Positions 60,004 through 64,000 of a stretch of DNA of 64,000 bases are shown one piece after another. Position 1 is the first letter of the stretch. The number at the start of each line of letters is the position of its first letter. Under the pieces are notes generated by a model. That model did no database searches. It had not been told where the DNA came from and worked only from the letters and a program-made list of their open reading frames with translations. The translations under genes and the position numbers were made by a program. This DNA is from Carpediemonas membranifera BICM (taxonomy: Eukaryota; Protista; Fornicata): assembly GCA_019828565.1 (NCBI GenBank), contig JAHDYR010000064.1:1-64000 (forward strand), given 5' to 3'.

Positions 60004-63000
60004 TTACTCATGCATCTCTTGATCTGGTTCGTCGCTCTCGTGCTCCATTCCGATGCGTAGGAGCTCTTCTTCCTCGTCGCTTCCGTTGGCGGCGGCAAGC
60101 GCCTCCTCAAGCCTGGCCTCGAGGACTCTGTTTGTTTCACGGAGCCTGAGGCTGGCTCTTTTGAAGGCCTCCGATTTCTCGGCGATGCGCTGGAGGCGCT
60201 GGCGCTCGCTCGCTCCTCTTGCTAGGGCTTCCCTTTCCTTGGCCAGCTGGCCTTGGAGGTGGGCAACCTCGTTGTTCAGCCGGGAGACTTCCTCTTCGTA
60301 ATGGCTCATGGTCCGCTGCCGCTCTTCTTCAGCTCTTCGCTCCACCTCCGCTTGGAAGAGGGCTTGGATGTAGGCACCCATCTGATCGACCGTGCCCAGT
60401 CTTGGGTTTGGGGGCCTCTTCCCTTCGGGGCCGCCCGGCGGGGGCCGGTGCTCGAAAGCCTGGCTCAGAGGCATCGCCGGGGGGTTGGCCTCTTTGTGAG
60501 GCGTGAGGATCGCCTGTCCCGGGGCCGGGTGGGGGGGTTCATTCCTCTGGGAGTGGGGTAAGCAGGGCTTACCTGGTGCGCATTAGGGGTGATGATTGCC
60601 CTTGGGGTGGGGTGGGCGGGGGTTACCTGGCGCGGGTTCGGGGTGGGGTTTGTTTCCCCTTGGAGCCTGCTGGGGGAGGGGGTGGCGTTCACCTTCCTTT
60701 GAGATGGGTTCGGGGTGGGGACCTGTCGGTTCTCGGTGAGCGGGCCCTCAAGCAGCCCTAGGGCCGGCCACTCCATGCCTTGGTGAATCTCGTTGGTGAG
60801 CCTCTCCCGGTGCTCTTCGAGGCAGGCTCTAAGCGCGGCCCTTGCCGCGGTCACAGCCTCTTTTGCTCTCGCTGCGACCTGTGCCCGTCGTTGTTCTGGG
60901 TGTACGGGAAGTCCCACAGGCGGATGGGGGGTAGTCTCATCATGGGACTGCATCCCAGGGCCAGGGTGCCGTCGTATTGGGGTTCGCCCAAGGCGCTCGG
61001 GCGGCGTCTTCCAGGCTCCCTCCTTGTTCTACTGTGCGGATGCCCCAGTCTAGGGGAAGAACCGAGGGGAAGAAGTTGACATAATGCCTGGGCCCTCTAT
61101 CTTGGCGCCGGAGTTCCGCGCTTACGATGAGTTTCGGGACGCCCGCTGGTGCTCTATCGCCGATGTTCACCAGGCAGTGGGTGAGCCGGTGTCTCAGCTG
61201 CTGGGCTGAGCCCCCATGCATCATGTCATGCTTATGGAGCGGGACCAGCGAGGCTGCCTGGGATAGGGTCAGGAGCTCGGGGTGGAGTTTGACCGGGAGT
61301 TGCTCCATGACCCTGGGGGTCCAGGGTGGTACGGTTGCCATAGAAGTCTGGCCAGTAGCCCTTCTCCCTTGCTACGCGGCGCCTACCGTTCCACTCGGAT
61401 AGGAGCTCCACGACCAGGGGTCTCGTGCTTGGGCAGGAGTCCGGGCTGAGAACGGCTACGCCCCCTCCTTTCAAGGACCCTTAGGATTCCTTTTCCTGTG
61501 CTGAACTCTTGCGCGGTCGTGTTGGCCATGTGGATTTCCTTCGGACGCGGCTTGGTGGTAAAGATCACGTGCTGTAGTTGCCCCAGGGGTGTGATGACCT
61601 CTCGCCCTCTATGGCGGTTGATCTCTACAGCCAGGTCTGGGACCCCGTGTCCTACTCTAATGATGGGGCTTTGTGCCCCCGTCACTTTCCCTCCTCGTGC
61701 GATTAGTTCCGCTCCCACATCAGCCCAGGTCCACGGGTTATACAGCATGTGGATGGCCAGGGAGAGTCTTGTGTAGAAGAGCGATACATCCGCAAGCGCA
61801 CAGTGACAGTAGGCTGGTGCGTTTCTGTGGTAGGGGCACAGCCCCTTGGGTTCCCTTCTCCTTTGCTGGTCGCGGGTCCAGACCTTGGCCTGCTCGGCTG
61901 CCTTCTGGTCCTCCTGTGGGAGGGTCTCTCGGACCGGGCGGTCCTCCTGGGAGGGGGGGTAGAAGAGGGTGAGGGTGCTATTGAGACGGGGGGTACACCG
62001 CATCTAGGCCGGCTTCATCGATTAGGTGGGTGGCTACCCATGCCCTGGCCGTGGAATCCGGTACGTATTTGACGCTCGTGAGGACACTTCGTTCAGCTTC
62101 CACCCCTTTGGCAGTCAGGTGGATGAACGCGTTATGGTGTCCTTCGAGACGCCGGAGGGCATCGATCATTTCCGCGCACCATGTGGTGCTGTTTGGGAAT
62201 GTGCTTTCGAATCCCTGGGGGCCTGCCCAGTGGTGATGTCGACGAAGGTGGCTGGGGGGCAACCGTGGAGAATTCTTGAGCTCATCAGAGCCTGGTCGAG
62301 GTCGGCCACCCGAATATCTTCGCCTAACATCCCGTGCAGACTGGCGACGATATTCCCGTTGGCGGGGTCAAAGACTATGACCGCCCCTTCGCATATGACG
62401 GCCTCATCCCCCGCCTTGGATGCGGGTTTGGACGCTTCGAAGTCAATGCACCCGATCAGCATCCTCTTGCCCTGCGGGTTGGTGAGCGGGCAGGACGGGG
62501 GAGTCTGCTGTTGGCTGACAGTTCTCTACCCCTTGGCGGGTTGACGTCACTATCACTGCCAGGGACTCTTCTGGCCGAGTCGTCGGCGTTGGGCCGGGGG
62601 CCATCTTGGGTACCCCCGGTCTCCGAGCCCGCACTTTCGCCGCTGGGCATGGTGGCGGGGTTCCCCCGCTAGTTGGGTTCCAACCTGCTTCGCCCCCAAT
62701 GAACGAGGGGGCGACTGGATCGCCCATGTTGGGTTGGCCAGTGGTCGGGTCGCCGCCGTTGTGCGGGGCAACCCCCAGGTTGCCCCCTGGTGGGTGGGTC
62801 CGTCCTTGGGCCGCCGTTGGGCGGGCTATCACCTGCACTTGCTCTGCCATTATTCGGTGGGGGGTGACCGGGTTGCCCTCGTGGGGTGGGTTGTCGGTTT
62901 GCTCGTTGCCCTTGGGCGGGCCGTCCCCTGTGGATTCGGTGGCGAGCAGCTTGGTACCCTGGTCCGCCATCCAGATGTTTGCGATCCTGCTAACGAGGGT

Positions 63001-64000
63001 GGAAGCGTCGCAGAGGTCCGGGTGGATGAACTCAGGGGCCGGCATTGGCCGGGTAGTAGTATCCCATGCGGCCCACAGCTCTTTGAAGCCCGGAACCGTC
63101 CAGCGAAGCACTAAGTCTTCGGCCTCACTGCGCGCTAGCTCGTCGCCGGCAATGTTGAGGGCTGAATCCGTGGGTGTCCTGCTAACCAACACAGGTCTGG
63201 TCACCCCATCGGTCCTGCTGTAGACAGCTATCGCGGAGAACATGCCACCTTCCCAGGGCTTGACGGCCTGTCCGTCAAGGGGGGGGAAGCCTCCTGCTGG
63301 GGGTCTGGGGGCTAAGGGGGACGGGGGCATCCTCCCAGGCCCGACCTAGGGCCGCCCACTTGTTGTTGACGTTGTTGTGGGCTCTGTCCGCACCTGGCGC
63401 TTTCGCTGAGCCGGCTGTGGCTTGGCCGCCTGCCTTGAGGAGCCAGGCGGCGCTCTGCTGGCCGAACCTTGTCCTGATCCCAGGCCCTGTGAGGCTTTGG
63501 TGACCTGCGGCCTTGAGAGTGCTGGCAACTAGCTCGAACAGCAAGGATCTAGCCGGTGGCGGGCTTGATACCTTGAAGTTGGCGGCGTTATCCCTCGAGA
63601 AGATCACTGTGGTGTTGTTGCACTTGGCGAGGATGGAATCGGCTGCTCTTCGGACTTTTTGCCACTCTTCGGTCGTAGCTAAGCGTTTTCCAAGCTTGGT
63701 GAGCTCTGTTCCAGCTTCGTCTACATCATTCCCCCGGCCCATGGCTTGTTGGGGGAACTTTGTGTTTGTGGCCGAAATTGGTCTCGAAAAGTCGGAGGGG
63801 GAAAGTCGGCATGAATCCCCCGGAGGGTAGAGCCCTCCCTGCCCGCCTCGCCTGTAGGCGCCGTTGCCGGCGCTCGTAGGCTGGGAAACCCGGGGTCAGG
63901 GAGTAATCGGCCTTGGAGGTGAACATCACGAAGGCCGGCCCGCATCGGGGCAGTGGCCGGCGCTGTTGGTCCTCGCGGTGGATTTTCCAGGCCGCCTGGC
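60004..64000 (-). CDS. Family B copy 2 ORF1 (partial, frameshifted; exonuclease-like domain ~61775-62462)
   Basis: IDFE...HCALAD as in copy 1. Confidence 0.82.

Larger units (their letters stand above)
54734..64000 (-). mobile_element. Second long copy of non-LTR family B (runs off the window end)
   Basis: Near-identical reverse complement of ~42270-51525; tail at 54734-54758. Confidence 0.95.

Overview
This window is a densely nested cluster of eukaryotic retrotransposons, probably from a GC-rich microbial eukaryote. No host gene is recognisable. Many ORF breaks fall in homopolymers and look like long-read errors. (1) Two related families of ~11 kb APE-RT non-LTR elements: family A at 1737-12398 (-); family B at 40209-51525 (+, 16-bp TSD), 54734->64000 (-), plus fragments. 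Their ORF1 carries an arenavirus-NP/Maelstrom-like DEDDh exonuclease domain. They also share a conserved antisense ORF and conserved structured RNAs at the 5' end, between the ORFs and in the 3' UTR. (2) Two tandem tyrosine-recombinase (DIRS/PAT-like) retrotransposons with split direct repeats (12399-20871). (3) A CRE-like restriction-like-endonuclease non-LTR element, split by an LTR element. (4) Up to six Gypsy-type LTR families, three with visible chromodomains and two complete with 4-bp TSDs. The most striking signal is at the 5' LTR/internal junction. In all four LTR families where it is visible, the tRNA primer-binding site is replaced by a perfect 12-14 bp palindrome, each of different sequence, abutting the LTR-terminal CA. 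This suggests a tRNA-independent fold-back or dimer priming mechanism.
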